A stretch of 64,000 nucleotides of DNA, taken from positions 4,777 to 68,776 of the forward strand of contig CAZMIB010000001.1 in assembly GCA_964566245.1 (NCBI GenBank), in the 5' to 3' direction. The stretch comes from an uncultured Elusimicrobia bacterium (lineage in GTDB: Bacteria > Elusimicrobiota > Elusimicrobia > CAZMIB01). The notes below the pieces were generated by a model that saw only the letters and a list, made by a program, of their open reading frames with translations, was not told where the DNA came from and made no database searches. Below are positions 1-9,234 of the stretch, piece by piece (within the stretch, counting starts at the first letter, position 1; every line of letters starts with the position of its first letter). Position numbers and translations under genes: made by a program.

Positions 1-474
1 CTTGCCGACCGCCTTGAAGATGGCGTCTGCCAGATGCAGATGCTCCTCGGTGGCGTGCGCGCCGCGCGCGATCGCGGTCGCGCCCTGGTCGATCAGGCAG
101 GGAGTGTTCGGCATCGCGCGCACGACCGGCAGGTCCTGGCCCAGCTTCCGGGCGATCAGCTCGGTCGTGATGCCGGCCATCACCGAGATGACGAGCTGGT
201 CGTTGGTCAGCGCGGGAGCGAGCTGCGCGAGCACGTCGGAGGACTGCTGCGGCTTCACCGCCAGGATCACGATGTCCTTGCCGCGCACCGCCTTCGCGTT
301 ATCGGTCGTGACCGCGACGCCCCACTGCTTGTGAAGCGCCGCGAGGGCCTCCTCGTTGCGCCGGGAGCAGACGATCCGTCCGGGCTCGACCAGCTTGCCG
401 CGGACCATGCCGCCGACCAGCGCCGCCCCCATGTGACCCGCCCCGACCACCGCGATCGACTTGTGCTTGAGCAT
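1..474 (-). CDS. proC: Pyrroline-5-carboxylate reductase, 5'-partial; start codon at 472-474, gene runs off the window start
   Basis: My translation of the reverse complement gives MLKHKSIAVVGAGHMGAALVGG...VISVMAGITTELIARKLGQDLPVVRAMPNTPCLIDQGATAIA. This is the typical NAD(P)-binding Rossmann N-terminus and conserved MPNTP motif of ProC. Confidence 0.8.
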   Translation of the reverse strand, partial: MLKHKSIAVVGAGHMGAALVGGMVRGKLVEPGRIVCSRRNEEALAALHKQWGVAVTTDNAKAVRGKDIVILAVKPQQSSDVLAQLAPALTNDQLVISVMAGITTELIARKLGQDLPVVRAMPNTPCLIDQGATAIARGAHATEEHLHLADAIFKAVGK

Positions 475-535
475 GGACTTTCTCTCCCGTTGTCTCGGCG
501 GCAGTATACCAATACTTCTGTTATAATGCGCCCGC

Positions 536-3500
536 ATGAAAACAGCCTCGGTGCGACGACGAGAGTCCCTTGTCCTCGCGTTGCGGGGGCTGACGCTGCT
601 GCTCGCGCTGGCGTGCCCGTGGGGGCGCGCCTTCGCGGCGGCGGAGGACGAGGAGTCCAAGCCGGTCAACCTGTGGCCGGTGTTCGTCAAGAAGGCCGAC
701 AAGGACTACCTCGACGTCGAGGTCCTGTTCTCCCTGCTTTCGTACACGCGCGACGGACGCAAGCTGGACCTGGCGATACGGCCGCTGTACTGGCGCTCCA
801 CCGACCGCTCCCGCGACTACGCGCGCACCGACGTGCTCTGGCCGCTCGCGACCCGGATCCGCGAGGGAGACAAGCGCTCGCTGCGCGTCTTGCCGCTGTT
901 CTACCAGAAGCGGACCCCGCCCGAGTTCTACTCGCTGCTGTTCCCGCTTTATCACTACACGTCGGAAACCGATCGCTGGCGCCTGGGCGTGATCGGCTTC
1001 ATACCGTTCACGGTGTTCGACTTCGAGCACGATTACGAGCGCGACCGCACCCACCATCGCTACATCATCTGGACTTACGATCGGTCCGCCGAGCAGGTCA
1101 ATATCAACCTGGCCCCGCTCTACACGCAGCAGACCGCGCCCGGCCAGGGCTCGATCACCATGCTGCCGCTGTTCGCCGACGCCTGGCATCAGCCGACGGG
1201 CTACCACCGCGTGTCGTTCATCGGCTTCTCCGACTATTTCAACCTGGCCGAGTACCGGCGCGACCCGCCGAAGAAGCTCGTCGAGGGCCACTTCCTCGTC
1301 TTCTGGAAGAAGCGCATGGACCTCGACTACCGCACGATCTTCTTCCCGGTCTATTGGCATTCGAAAAGCGGGGCCGACACCTCGCTGTTCTTCTGGCCGG
1401 TCTTCGGCCGCCGCGAGCGCGGCACCGCGGTCGAATACTCGACCATCTGGCCGTTGTTCTCGTTCGAGCGCGACGCGAAGGAGAAGGAGACCGACATCGG
1501 CTTCCTCTGGCCGCTGGGCCGGGACTACAGCGTCGGGACGCGCCGCGAGGCTCGCTTCCTGCCGCTGTTCTCCTGGATCTCCGACCCCAAGACGCACGAG
1601 GAGCCGGGCCTGGTGACCTTGGCGCTGTCCTTGCCGCTGCCGCTGTCGTACCGCGCCGTCGGCGCCGACTTCCATTATCACCGCGTCTTCTATATCGCCT
1701 GGATCACCGAGAACAAGGATGCGGTCCGAAACGTGGTCTTCAACCATTACCTGTTCAAGGACAAGGCCTCGGGCACGATCCACCAGGGCTTTTTCCCGAT
1801 CTACCACGGCTCGCGCTGGGACAAGAGCGCGCTGGACGTGGTCCTGCCGCTGTTCGGGTCGTACCGGCGGCCCGACTTCCGCTTCGAGACCTTGCTGCCG
1901 CTGTACTGGCGCTACGCCTCCAGCGACACCGCGACCGGCGTGCTGTTTCCGTTCTACTTCTCGCACGAGTCGGCGCTGTACGGGATGCAGGTCGTGTTCC
2001 CGTTCTACTACCACTCGCTGGACCGCAAGCTCGGGACCGAGCTGAACTACTACTTCCCGCTCTACGGGACCTACCGCCGCGGCGACGTCGTCACGCGCCG
2101 GCTGCTTTTCTTCCCGCTGTACTCGCGGCTGTACGACCCGGCCCTGGGCCTGCGCTCGCTCGACGTGCTGTGGCCGTTCTTCCACGTCGACAGCGGGCCG
2201 GACGCCTCCTCGACGCGCGTGCTGCCGTTCTATTGGCGGGCCGACCGGCCGGAGCGCTCGTTCAGGATCGCCTTCCCGCTTTATTGGGACTACGCGACCC
2301 CGCAGACGCGGCACCGCTACTTGTTCCCGTTCTACGGCTCGTACGCGAGGGCCGACGAGCTGAGCCTCTCCGTCTTCGGCCCGTTCTACTGGGACGTGCG
2401 CCGCCCGCGCGAGAACTACCGGCGCAGCGACTTCCTGCTCGCGCTGTACTCGCGCGCGCAGGCCGGCGACGAGGTCCGCAGCCATCTCCTGCCGCTCTAC
2501 TGGCGCTGGACCTCCCCGGAGCAGGACGCGCGCTACCTGCCGCCGCTGGCCGGCTACCACAGGATGTCGGACGGCTACCGGAACCTCTTCCTGCTCGGGA
2601 TCAACCGCTCGGTGAACCTGTTCGACTTCGAGCGCGCCCCGCGCTACAACTCGCGCTCCGACCGCGCCCTGCTGTACTACAGCCGCGAGGACAGGACCTC
2701 GGCCTTCACGACGCTGTTCCCGCTGTACTGGAAATGGCGCGACCCCGAGGAGACGGGGCACATCCTGTTCCCGCTGTTCGGCAAGCACGAGGACCTGGCC
2801 GCCGGAAGCTGGGACGTGTCGGTGCTCGGCCTGCCGGAGGGCTTCAGCCTGCTGGAGTTCGGCGGCGAGCGCCAGCGCGACGCGGAGTCCTCGCGCTGGC
2901 TGCTGTTCTACCACGGACGCGAGGGCCGGGATTACACGACCGTCTTCTTTCCGCTGTTCTGGGACCGCCGCTCGCCGCCGTACAGCCGCTCGCAGTTGTT
3001 CCCGTTCTACGCCTACAAGCGCGACGACCAGGAGGGCGAGAAGCGCTTCGGAATCCTCGGCGTCACGCCGCGCATCAGCTTCTATTCGTGGTCCGACACG
3101 CCGCTCGACAAGACGAACCGCCTCTGGCCCCTGTTCAGCTACGGGAGGGACAAGAAGGAGGATGAGGTGTTCCTCAGCCTGCTCGGCGTCCAGCGCGAGA
3201 TCAGCCTGTTCCGCGCCTCGCGCCGCCGCGAGGACGTCTCGACCAGCCTGTTCCCGCTGTACGGCTACGAGCGGCGCGGGCATCTCGGCGAAAGGGACTA
3301 CTACCGCGAGACGAAGGTGCTGTGGCGCCTGTACTACAACGGGCGGGAGGTGACCGGGCGCTCGGACTTCCGCCTGCTGTACCGCTTCCGGCGCGTCTAC
3401 AACGCCCCCGACGAGTCGGCCTTCGAGCTGAACCCGTTCTATTTTTCCGTCCGCCACGGCGGCAGCACCTATCGCGCTATCCTAGGCGGCCTCTTCGGCG

Positions 3501-3553
3501 TCGAGACCCGAGCCGACGGCACCCACGGCTACACCTTCTTCTGGGTGTTCTGA
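536..3553 (+). CDS. Large (1005 aa) secreted repeat protein. It has an N-terminal signal peptide (…CPWGRAFA|AAED). The body consists of dozens of degenerate ~22-25 aa aromatic repeats (LFPLYW / FPFYG / LPLFG / WPLF). The C-terminus ends ...FFWVF. Possibly an outer-membrane or surface beta-rich protein.
   Basis: The ORF-track protein shows a periodic aromatic/Arg/Asp-rich motif, a signal peptide and a C-terminal aromatic residue, which is characteristic of beta-barrel outer-membrane proteins. No family recognised by eye. Confidence 0.55.
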   Translation: MKTASVRRRESLVLALRGLTLLLALACPWGRAFAAAEDEESKPVNLWPVFVKKADKDYLDVEVLFSLLSYTRDGRKLDLAIRPLYWRSTDRSRDYARTDVLWPLATRIREGDKRSLRVLPLFYQKRTPPEFYSLLFPLYHYTSETDRWRLGVIGFIPFTVFDFEHDYERDRTHHRYIIWTYDRSAEQVNINLAPLYTQQTAPGQGSITMLPLFADAWHQPTGYHRVSFIGFSDYFNLAEYRRDPPKKLVEGHFLVFWKKRMDLDYRTIFFPVYWHSKSGADTSLFFWPVFGRRERGTAVEYSTIWPLFSFERDAKEKETDIGFLWPLGRDYSVGTRREARFLPLFSWISDPKTHEEPGLVTLALSLPLPLSYRAVGADFHYHRVFYIAWITENKDAVRNVVFNHYLFKDKASGTIHQGFFPIYHGSRWDKSALDVVLPLFGSYRRPDFRFETLLPLYWRYASSDTATGVLFPFYFSHESALYGMQVVFPFYYHSLDRKLGTELNYYFPLYGTYRRGDVVTRRLLFFPLYSRLYDPALGLRSLDVLWPFFHVDSGPDASSTRVLPFYWRADRPERSFRIAFPLYWDYATPQTRHRYLFPFYGSYARADELSLSVFGPFYWDVRRPRENYRRSDFLLALYSRAQAGDEVRSHLLPLYWRWTSPEQDARYLPPLAGYHRMSDGYRNLFLLGINRSVNLFDFERAPRYNSRSDRALLYYSREDRTSAFTTLFPLYWKWRDPEETGHILFPLFGKHEDLAAGSWDVSVLGLPEGFSLLEFGGERQRDAESSRWLLFYHGREGRDYTTVFFPLFWDRRSPPYSRSQLFPFYAYKRDDQEGEKRFGILGVTPRISFYSWSDTPLDKTNRLWPLFSYGRDKKEDEVFLSLLGVQREISLFRASRRREDVSTSLFPLYGYERRGHLGERDYYRETKVLWRLYYNGREVTGRSDFRLLYRFRRVYNAPDESAFELNPFYFSVRHGGSTYRAILGGLFGVETRADGTHGYTFFWVF

Positions 3554-3567
3554 CACAACTAAAGAGT

Positions 3568-3602
3568 GCCCTCTCCTAATGGGAGAGGGTGGGGGTGAGG
3601 GG
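3568..3602. repeat. GC-rich palindromic element copy (CCCTCTCC-TAAT-GGGAGAGGGTGGGGGTGAGGG), intergenic after the large repeat-protein gene. A perfect 14-bp palindrome GGGTCCTAGGACCC lies at 3656-3669.
   Basis: Sequence read directly; it shares the GGGAGAGGGTGGGGGTGAGGG arm with the other copies. Confidence 0.7.
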
Positions 3603-3727
3603 CAGGTCTAGGTCTCCCTGCCTAATGACCCAGGTCACCTTTCCCGTCGATGACATGGGTCCTAGGACCCCTGACCCTCCGGGAGCCTTCCTTTAATATA
3701 TGGGGGACCGGCAAGCGCCGGCTCTCC

Positions 3728-5380
3728 ATGACCGTCTTCCGTCTGTTCCTTTGCGCTGTTCTCGCTCTTCAGCCCTTCCGCGCCGCGTTGGGCGCGACCA
3801 AGGCCGATAAGCCCGGCTTCTCGCCCATCCTTCCCGTCGGGCTGAACCAGGCCGCGCCGGCCCTGCCTCAACTCCAAGCTCCGCTTGTCGCTCCCTCGGC
3901 CGCGCCGGCTCCAGCGCCGAGTCTCGCCCCGGTCTCGGGCACCTCCGGGGTCAACGCCAAGGAGGCGATCGCCTTTCTCAAAGGGCGGAAAAAAATAAGG
4001 GCGGTGTTCGTCGACGCGGCCGGCTACGGACACCAGACGGCGACGCTGTCCTTGATACGGCGTTTGCGCGAGTTGGGCTACGAAGGGAAACTAGAGGCCG
4101 TCTTTGAGAACGACATCTTGGACGAGGACCGCGGATTGTCCAAGAAGCTGGGCCAGCTTCTTCCGGAGTTCGACCCGTTCGGGCCCGCCGTCCAGCATCT
4201 GCCGGGCCTCGGCCTGACGATGCGGGATCTCGGGCCCCGCGACCGCGGCCAAGGGCCCGTCCGCCTGGAGCCCGTCGCGCTGGCGTTCACGGGCGGCGCC
4301 GACCCCAAGCGTTCCTACGCGCGAAAATACAACGCCGACGTCTTCCTGCGCCTGGGTCCGATGGGCTGGCTGGAGCAAAACTATTGGGAGGTCTATCCGG
4401 ACCAGCTCTATCGTCGCGACCAGGAGGCCGGGATTCCGATCCGGTCGAGACGAGACGCTCCGTTGATCTACCGGCCTTTGGCCGAGGAGATGGACGATGC
4501 TTGGTTCTCGCGGATAGCCCCCGCGAACCTCGAGCCTGAAAAGGCGGCGGGCCTGAAGACCTTGGCGCGCCGCATTGAAGAGCATGACGTTCTCGCCGCC
4601 TACGGGCTTCAGTATTTCAACGAGGACAGATTGACCTTGCTTCTCGTTTCCATCTCGCACGCCATGGAGACTCGTCCCGAGCTGTTCAAGGGCCGCGGCG
4701 TGGTCGTGCCGCTGTTGTCGGAGTTCCAAGGCGCTATCGCCGGCGTTCAATCCCGGCTCGATCACCCAAGGCGGGACAACGGCTGGATAGCGGCGCCGCG
4801 CCGGGGCGCGGCGATCTCGAGCAAGCGAAAGGCGGCTCGGCGCGTGAGCTTCGCCGACGTGCGCGATCCGGACCTGGACGTGACGCTGCGCCGCGTGGGT
4901 CCGGGGGATATCGTCGTCGTCGAGACGGGCGCCGTCCCGCCGGCGCTGTTCGAGCGACTGTTTTCCGCGAGCACCTTGCCGCCGACCCTGGAGGGCTGCA
5001 ACGCGACCAACCTGGCCCGTCTGCTGGGCCTGCCTTTCCTGCCGGTCACCATGTGGCAGCTCGACCGGCTCGTCGATCGGTTCGCCGCCTCCGAGGCCAA
5101 GCGACGGGAGGTGAGCCGGTTGGTTTATTCCCGCCGCGCCGGCATGCACGACTCGATCGCTTACGCGCTGCTGGGCGGCGAGGGCGAGTTCGCCTTCGAG
5201 CGCATCGCGGCGTACATCGCGGCCGCGATGACGCCCGGCTCGTCGCTCCGGCGCATGTTCGAGGACGCGAAACTGCGACAGGATGATTATATTCGCGACA
5301 AGCTGGTTTTCGCCGCGCGGCGAGCCCTGGCCATGTCGCGCCGAGACGCCGCGGGCGCGTCGGGGAAGCCTTCGCCATGA
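3728..5380 (+). CDS. Secreted protein, paralog 1 of 3 (unknown family). It has a signal peptide, a Pro/Ala-rich linker and a conserved ~450-aa domain. Motifs: KKIRAVFVDAAGYGHQTATLSLIRRLRELG, TGGADP, and ETGAVPPALFERLFSASTLPPTLEGCNATNLARLLGLPFLP.
   Basis: ORF 3650..5380 re-started at ATG 3728 (MTVFRLFLCAVLALQPFRAALGATKADKP) by alignment with the paralog 2 and 3 N-termini. Stop overlaps the next start (ATGA). Confidence 0.6.
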   Translation: MTVFRLFLCAVLALQPFRAALGATKADKPGFSPILPVGLNQAAPALPQLQAPLVAPSAAPAPAPSLAPVSGTSGVNAKEAIAFLKGRKKIRAVFVDAAGYGHQTATLSLIRRLRELGYEGKLEAVFENDILDEDRGLSKKLGQLLPEFDPFGPAVQHLPGLGLTMRDLGPRDRGQGPVRLEPVALAFTGGADPKRSYARKYNADVFLRLGPMGWLEQNYWEVYPDQLYRRDQEAGIPIRSRRDAPLIYRPLAEEMDDAWFSRIAPANLEPEKAAGLKTLARRIEEHDVLAAYGLQYFNEDRLTLLLVSISHAMETRPELFKGRGVVVPLLSEFQGAIAGVQSRLDHPRRDNGWIAAPRRGAAISSKRKAARRVSFADVRDPDLDVTLRRVGPGDIVVVETGAVPPALFERLFSASTLPPTLEGCNATNLARLLGLPFLPVTMWQLDRLVDRFAASEAKRREVSRLVYSRRAGMHDSIAYALLGGEGEFAFERIAAYIAAAMTPGSSLRRMFEDAKLRQDDYIRDKLVFAARRALAMSRRDAAGASGKPSP

Positions 5381-7200
5381 CGCGCTCCCGGCTGGCCGCT
5401 TGCTTTCTCCTCGTCGGCGCTCGCCTCGCCGCCTTCGGCGCGACGAAGGCGGACAAGCCCGTCCTTCCGTTCCTCGCGCCGACGGCTCTCAACGAAACAG
5501 TTCCGGCGATCCCCGCAATCGCGCGGCCCTTGGTGGAAGGGGCAGGTCTTGAACAGCCGGTTCTTGTCCCCGTAGCCCCGCGGCCCGAGCCCTCACCCCA
5601 CCCTCTCCCGCTACCGGGAGAGGGTGCTGAGGCGGTCGCGAAGTTTCCCCGGCGCCTGGCCGGGCTCTCCGAGGTGCTCGACGCGAATCGGCCCGCCGAA
5701 CGGCAGGCCGCGGCGCTCGACGCGGCGTTCTCCGGCGCGGCGGGAAAAGAGGAGGGGGAGCGGGGCGTCTCGGGCCTCGCCCTTGCGGAAGGAAAGGTTC
5801 CGCCCGAGGAGGCGATCGCCTACCTTAAAAGCCTCAAGAAGATCCGGGTCGCTTTCGTCAACGCTCCGGGCTTCGGCCATCAGATGGCGACGGTCTCGTT
5901 GATCCGCCGACTCAGGGAGCTGGGCTGCGAGGGCGAGATCGAGGCGGTTTATAAGGATCTGGATTTGCTGGGGAAAGCGAACCGGGTGCTGCGCGACAAG
6001 CTGGGCCAGCTTTTACCGGAGTTCAACCCCATCGGGCACAAAGTCCAACTCCTGCGGAGCGTGGGCGTGACGATGCGCAACATCACGCACGAGGAAGACT
6101 CCTTGCCCCGCGTCTCCTTCGGCCTCACCGGCGGCGCCGACGGCAACGAGCGTTTCGCGGACAAGTACAACGTCGATACCTTCCTGCGCCTGGGGCCCAT
6201 GGACTGGCACCGCCATTACCGGGACCAAGTCTACTTCAGGGCGCTCGGCGCCGGCATCCCGGTAGACGTCCGCGACGACGCGGCGCTCCTCTATCGTCCG
6301 GGATCGGAGGCGATCAACGATGATTGGTTCGGCCGTCTCAAGCGGGCGAACGTCGATCCGTCGAAGGCGGCCGGCCTGCGGACCTTGGTCCGCGGGCTCG
6401 GGGAGCACGACGTCCTCGCGTCCTACGGGCTGGCGAAGTTCAGGCCGAGCTCTCTGGCGGTGGCGCTCGCCTCCGTCGCCCGCGCGATGGACGAGCGGCC
6501 CGAGCTGTTTCGGAAACGAGGCGTCGTCGTGCCGCTTCTCCTGGATGTCGACTCGACGGTCACGGGAGTGGAAGCGATCGTCGCCGCGCCGGAGAAACAT
6601 AACGCGGACGTCGCTCCGACGCGCCTGCCGGCGGTGATCGCGGCGAAGCGCCGGCTGGGCGAACGGCTCAAGATCGCGTCGATCGGTGAGCCCGGGCTGA
6701 AGCACAGGCTGGGACGGTTGGGATCCGGGGACATTTTGGTCGTGAAGACGGGCGGCGCCCCGCCCGCGTTGTTCGAGCATTTTTTCAAGCGAAGCACGTT
6801 GCCGCCGACCGTGGAGGGCAAGAACGCTCAAAACCTTTGCCGCCTCCTGGGTATCCCTTTCCTGCCGCTGGACATGCTGCAGCTCAACGCGCTGATGCAA
6901 GAGCTTCCGGAACTGGGCGCGGACCGCCAGGCGGTCCAAGGCTTGCTCTATTTTCCAGGAGAGGACGGTCCGATGTCGCTGGCGTTGGCGTTGCGCTACG
7001 CGCAAACGGAGTTCGCCGTCGAGCCGATCGCGGCGTATATCGCCGCCGCCCTGACTCCCGGCTCGCCGCTGCGCCGGATGTTCGCCGACGCGCGGCTCGG
7101 GCAGGACGACTACGCCCGCGACAAGCTCGTCTCCGCGGTCCAACGCGTCCTCTTCCTTCAAAAAAGCGACTTGTCCTTGGCCCGCGCGCCGCGACCATGA
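5377..7200 (+). CDS. Secreted protein, paralog 2 of 3. Motifs: KKIRVAFVNAPGFGHQMATVSLIRRLRELG and KTGGAPPALFEHFFKRSTLPPTVEGKNAQNLCRLLGIPFLP.
   Basis: Aligns clearly with paralogs 1 and 3. Signal peptide MTRSRLAACFLLVGARLAAFGATKADKP. The N-terminal linker contains a palindromic-element copy (5589-5629). Confidence 0.65.
   Translation: MTRSRLAACFLLVGARLAAFGATKADKPVLPFLAPTALNETVPAIPAIARPLVEGAGLEQPVLVPVAPRPEPSPHPLPLPGEGAEAVAKFPRRLAGLSEVLDANRPAERQAAALDAAFSGAAGKEEGERGVSGLALAEGKVPPEEAIAYLKSLKKIRVAFVNAPGFGHQMATVSLIRRLRELGCEGEIEAVYKDLDLLGKANRVLRDKLGQLLPEFNPIGHKVQLLRSVGVTMRNITHEEDSLPRVSFGLTGGADGNERFADKYNVDTFLRLGPMDWHRHYRDQVYFRALGAGIPVDVRDDAALLYRPGSEAINDDWFGRLKRANVDPSKAAGLRTLVRGLGEHDVLASYGLAKFRPSSLAVALASVARAMDERPELFRKRGVVVPLLLDVDSTVTGVEAIVAAPEKHNADVAPTRLPAVIAAKRRLGERLKIASIGEPGLKHRLGRLGSGDILVVKTGGAPPALFEHFFKRSTLPPTVEGKNAQNLCRLLGIPFLPLDMLQLNALMQELPELGADRQAVQGLLYFPGEDGPMSLALALRYAQTEFAVEPIAAYIAAALTPGSPLRRMFADARLGQDDYARDKLVSAVQRVLFLQKSDLSLARAPRP
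5589..5629. repeat. GC-rich palindromic element copy (GCCCTCACCCCACCCTCTCCCG-CTACC-GGGAGAGGGTG) inserted in frame in the paralog 2 linker, where it encodes EPSPHPLPLPGEGAEA
   Basis: Direct read of the sequence and its translation. Confidence 0.75.
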
Positions 7201-9185
7201 CCGCCTCCCGCCGTCTCGCGCTTCTCCTCTCGCTCGGCCTCGCGGCCGGAGCAAGAGCCGCGACGGAGAAGGAATCCCCTCCGGCCGTCGTTGTCGTTCC
7301 CTCGCCCCCGATGGGGGGAGAGGGTGGGGTGAGGGGGTTGGCGGCTCCCATGCCCTCACCCCTTCCCTCTCCCGCAAGCGGGCGAGGGAGTTCCTTGGGA
7401 AACATCTCCCAGCCTGCCGCGCATTTTCATCCTTTGCCTCCTGCGGTCGTGTCCGCGGTTCGCGTTATCACCGCCGCGAAGGCGGCTGTCGGCAATGCCG
7501 TCTCTCCGGCGGCGAAAGCCGCGGCGCTGGATCGCCTCTACTCCGGCGCGGCCGAGAGAGACGGCGTCGAAATTCTCGAGACCTCCGATGCCGCGGGGCC
7601 GGGTTTCGCGAGCCTCGCGGCGCGTCGATCCGAGCCTCCGGCGCGCGCGCCCGCGGCCTTCGATCCGGCGCCGGATATCGCCTTCCTCAAGCGCCTCAAG
7701 AAGATACGCGTCGTGTTCACTCATGCCCCGGGCCTCGGCCACCAGACGGCGACGTTGTCGATCGTCCGCCGGCTCAGGGATTTGGGCGTCAAGGCGCCGA
7801 TCGAGGCGATCTATCATGCCGTCAAAGGGGACCCGCAAGACCTCAGGCTCAAGCTGGCCCAGCTCATGCCCGAGTTCGATCCTCACGGCCCGGATGATCA
7901 GCGCGTGCCGTCGCTGAACATGACTTTGCGAAGCTGGGACAGCTTCAGGCGCGACAGGGACGACGTGGTGCTGGGGCTGACCGGAGGCGCGGACAAGTCC
8001 ATCGGCAATTTCGCCCGCCAATACCGGACAGAGATTTTCGCGAGGCTGAAACCTTACGGCTGGGGGGACTACGAGGACGAGCTTCACGTCCTCGAGAGCG
8101 GCAAGGTGAGCTTGCTGTCCTACATCGACGCGTCCTCGGGCCACGGGGCCTTTGTCTATCGGCCCGCCCAGGATCAGGTCGGCGCGGCGTATGTCGATGC
8201 TTTAAACCCGAATAATGTTCCGGCGGCGAAGGCCGCCGGCCTGAAGGTCCTGTTGCGCGAGCTGCCGAAGCGCGACTCCTTGGCCGCCTACGGCCTCCAC
8301 TTCTTCACGCCGCGCGCGCTTCACCGCCTGCTGCTCGGAGTGTCTCGCGCGTTGGACGATCGGCCCGGCTTGTTCAAGGGCCGGGGCGTGGTCGTGCCGC
8401 TGCTTCTCGATATCGACGACACGGTCGACGACATGCAGGATCAAATCAAAATCCCGCGCTTGATCTTGAACTCCGTCACCGATCCGCGGTGGCGCGCCGT
8501 CCTTGTCGCCAACGGCAAGCTGCGCCGCCGGCTGAAGATCGCCGACATACGCGACCCGGCCCTGTCGGAAAAGATCGAGGGAATGAAGCCCGACGACATC
8601 CTTGTCGTGAAGACGGGTGCCGTTCCGCCGCCGCTCTTCGAATGGTTCTTTTCGCGTAGCACCTTGCCGCCGACCTTGGAGGGCAAGAACGCGACCAACC
8701 TCGCGCATCTGCTGGGCATCCCCTTCCTCCCTATCAAGGAGGACGTCCTGGCGGGGCTCATCGATCGCGTTCCCGAGGGCGGGCCCAGGGAGGCGGTCGC
8801 CGCGCTGCTCCACGTCCGGACCGGCGTCATCGGCATGTCCATCTCCGCCGTGCTGCACCATGACGATTTCAGCTTCGCCTTCGAGAAGCTCGCCGACTAC
8901 ATGATCGCGGCGATGACGCCCGGCTCGCCGCTGCGGGAGATGTTCCGGAGCGCGCGCATCGCCCAGGACGATTACGCGCGCGACAAGCTGCTGCAGGCGG
9001 TCCGACAGGCGAGGCCGCGGATGGGCGCCCCGCCGAGTCCATGGCGCCGGTTCCTCGACGCCTGCCTCCGGTGGCTTCCCGGCCGCTCCAAGGAAAAGCC
9101 CGCGCCGCCGCCGGCTTCCCAGGGCCGGCAAGGGCCCACGGGACGCGAGCGGGTGAGCTTTTTCGGCCCCAAGGACCCTCTTTAA
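7197..9185 (+). CDS. Secreted protein, paralog 3 of 3. Motifs: KKIRVVFTHAPGLGHQTATLSIVRRLRDLG and KTGAVPPPLFEWFFSRSTLPPTLEGKNATNLAHLLGIPFLP.
   Basis: ORF 6837..9185 re-started at ATG 7197 (MTASRRLALLLSLGLAAGARAA) by paralog alignment. Start overlaps the paralog 2 stop. The linker carries two palindromic-element copies. Confidence 0.6.
   Translation: MTASRRLALLLSLGLAAGARAATEKESPPAVVVVPSPPMGGEGGVRGLAAPMPSPLPSPASGRGSSLGNISQPAAHFHPLPPAVVSAVRVITAAKAAVGNAVSPAAKAAALDRLYSGAAERDGVEILETSDAAGPGFASLAARRSEPPARAPAAFDPAPDIAFLKRLKKIRVVFTHAPGLGHQTATLSIVRRLRDLGVKAPIEAIYHAVKGDPQDLRLKLAQLMPEFDPHGPDDQRVPSLNMTLRSWDSFRRDRDDVVLGLTGGADKSIGNFARQYRTEIFARLKPYGWGDYEDELHVLESGKVSLLSYIDASSGHGAFVYRPAQDQVGAAYVDALNPNNVPAAKAAGLKVLLRELPKRDSLAAYGLHFFTPRALHRLLLGVSRALDDRPGLFKGRGVVVPLLLDIDDTVDDMQDQIKIPRLILNSVTDPRWRAVLVANGKLRRRLKIADIRDPALSEKIEGMKPDDILVVKTGAVPPPLFEWFFSRSTLPPTLEGKNATNLAHLLGIPFLPIKEDVLAGLIDRVPEGGPREAVAALLHVRTGVIGMSISAVLHHDDFSFAFEKLADYMIAAMTPGSPLREMFRSARIAQDDYARDKLLQAVRQARPRMGAPPSPWRRFLDACLRWLPGRSKEKPAPPPASQGRQGPTGRERVSFFGPKDPL
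7298..7338. repeat. GC-rich palindromic element copy (CCCTCGCCCCCG-ATGG-GGGGAGAGGGTGGGGTGAGGGGG) in frame in the paralog 3 linker
   Basis: Direct read. Confidence 0.7.
7352..7391. repeat. GC-rich palindromic element copy (GCCCTCACCCCTTCCCTCTCCCGCAAGCGGGCGAGGGAG, followed by TTCCTTGGGAA) in frame in the paralog 3 linker, where it encodes [15 protein letters not shown]
   Basis: Direct read. Same left arm and GCAAGC loop as the copies at 15673 and 33975. Confidence 0.75.
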
Positions 9186-9234
9186 AAGCTCGCCCGCCCT
9201 TGTCCCGTCGACGGGGGGGTGGTAAAATAAATTC

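Noticed and set aside
34-3165. 1043-aa + strand ORF and 978-aa - strand ORF (521..3457) overlapping the 536..3553 gene
   Set aside because: They are in alternative frames of the same locus. They are Arg/Ala/Pro/Gly-rich with no motifs, which is typical of high-GC frame artefacts. The 536..3553 frame carries a signal peptide and a coherent repeat architecture.
9200-9216. CCCGTCGACGGG palindrome after paralog 3 as a terminator
   Set aside because: It is followed by a G-run, not a T-tract. It may be a protein-binding site or just a SalI-like palindrome. Insufficient evidence.
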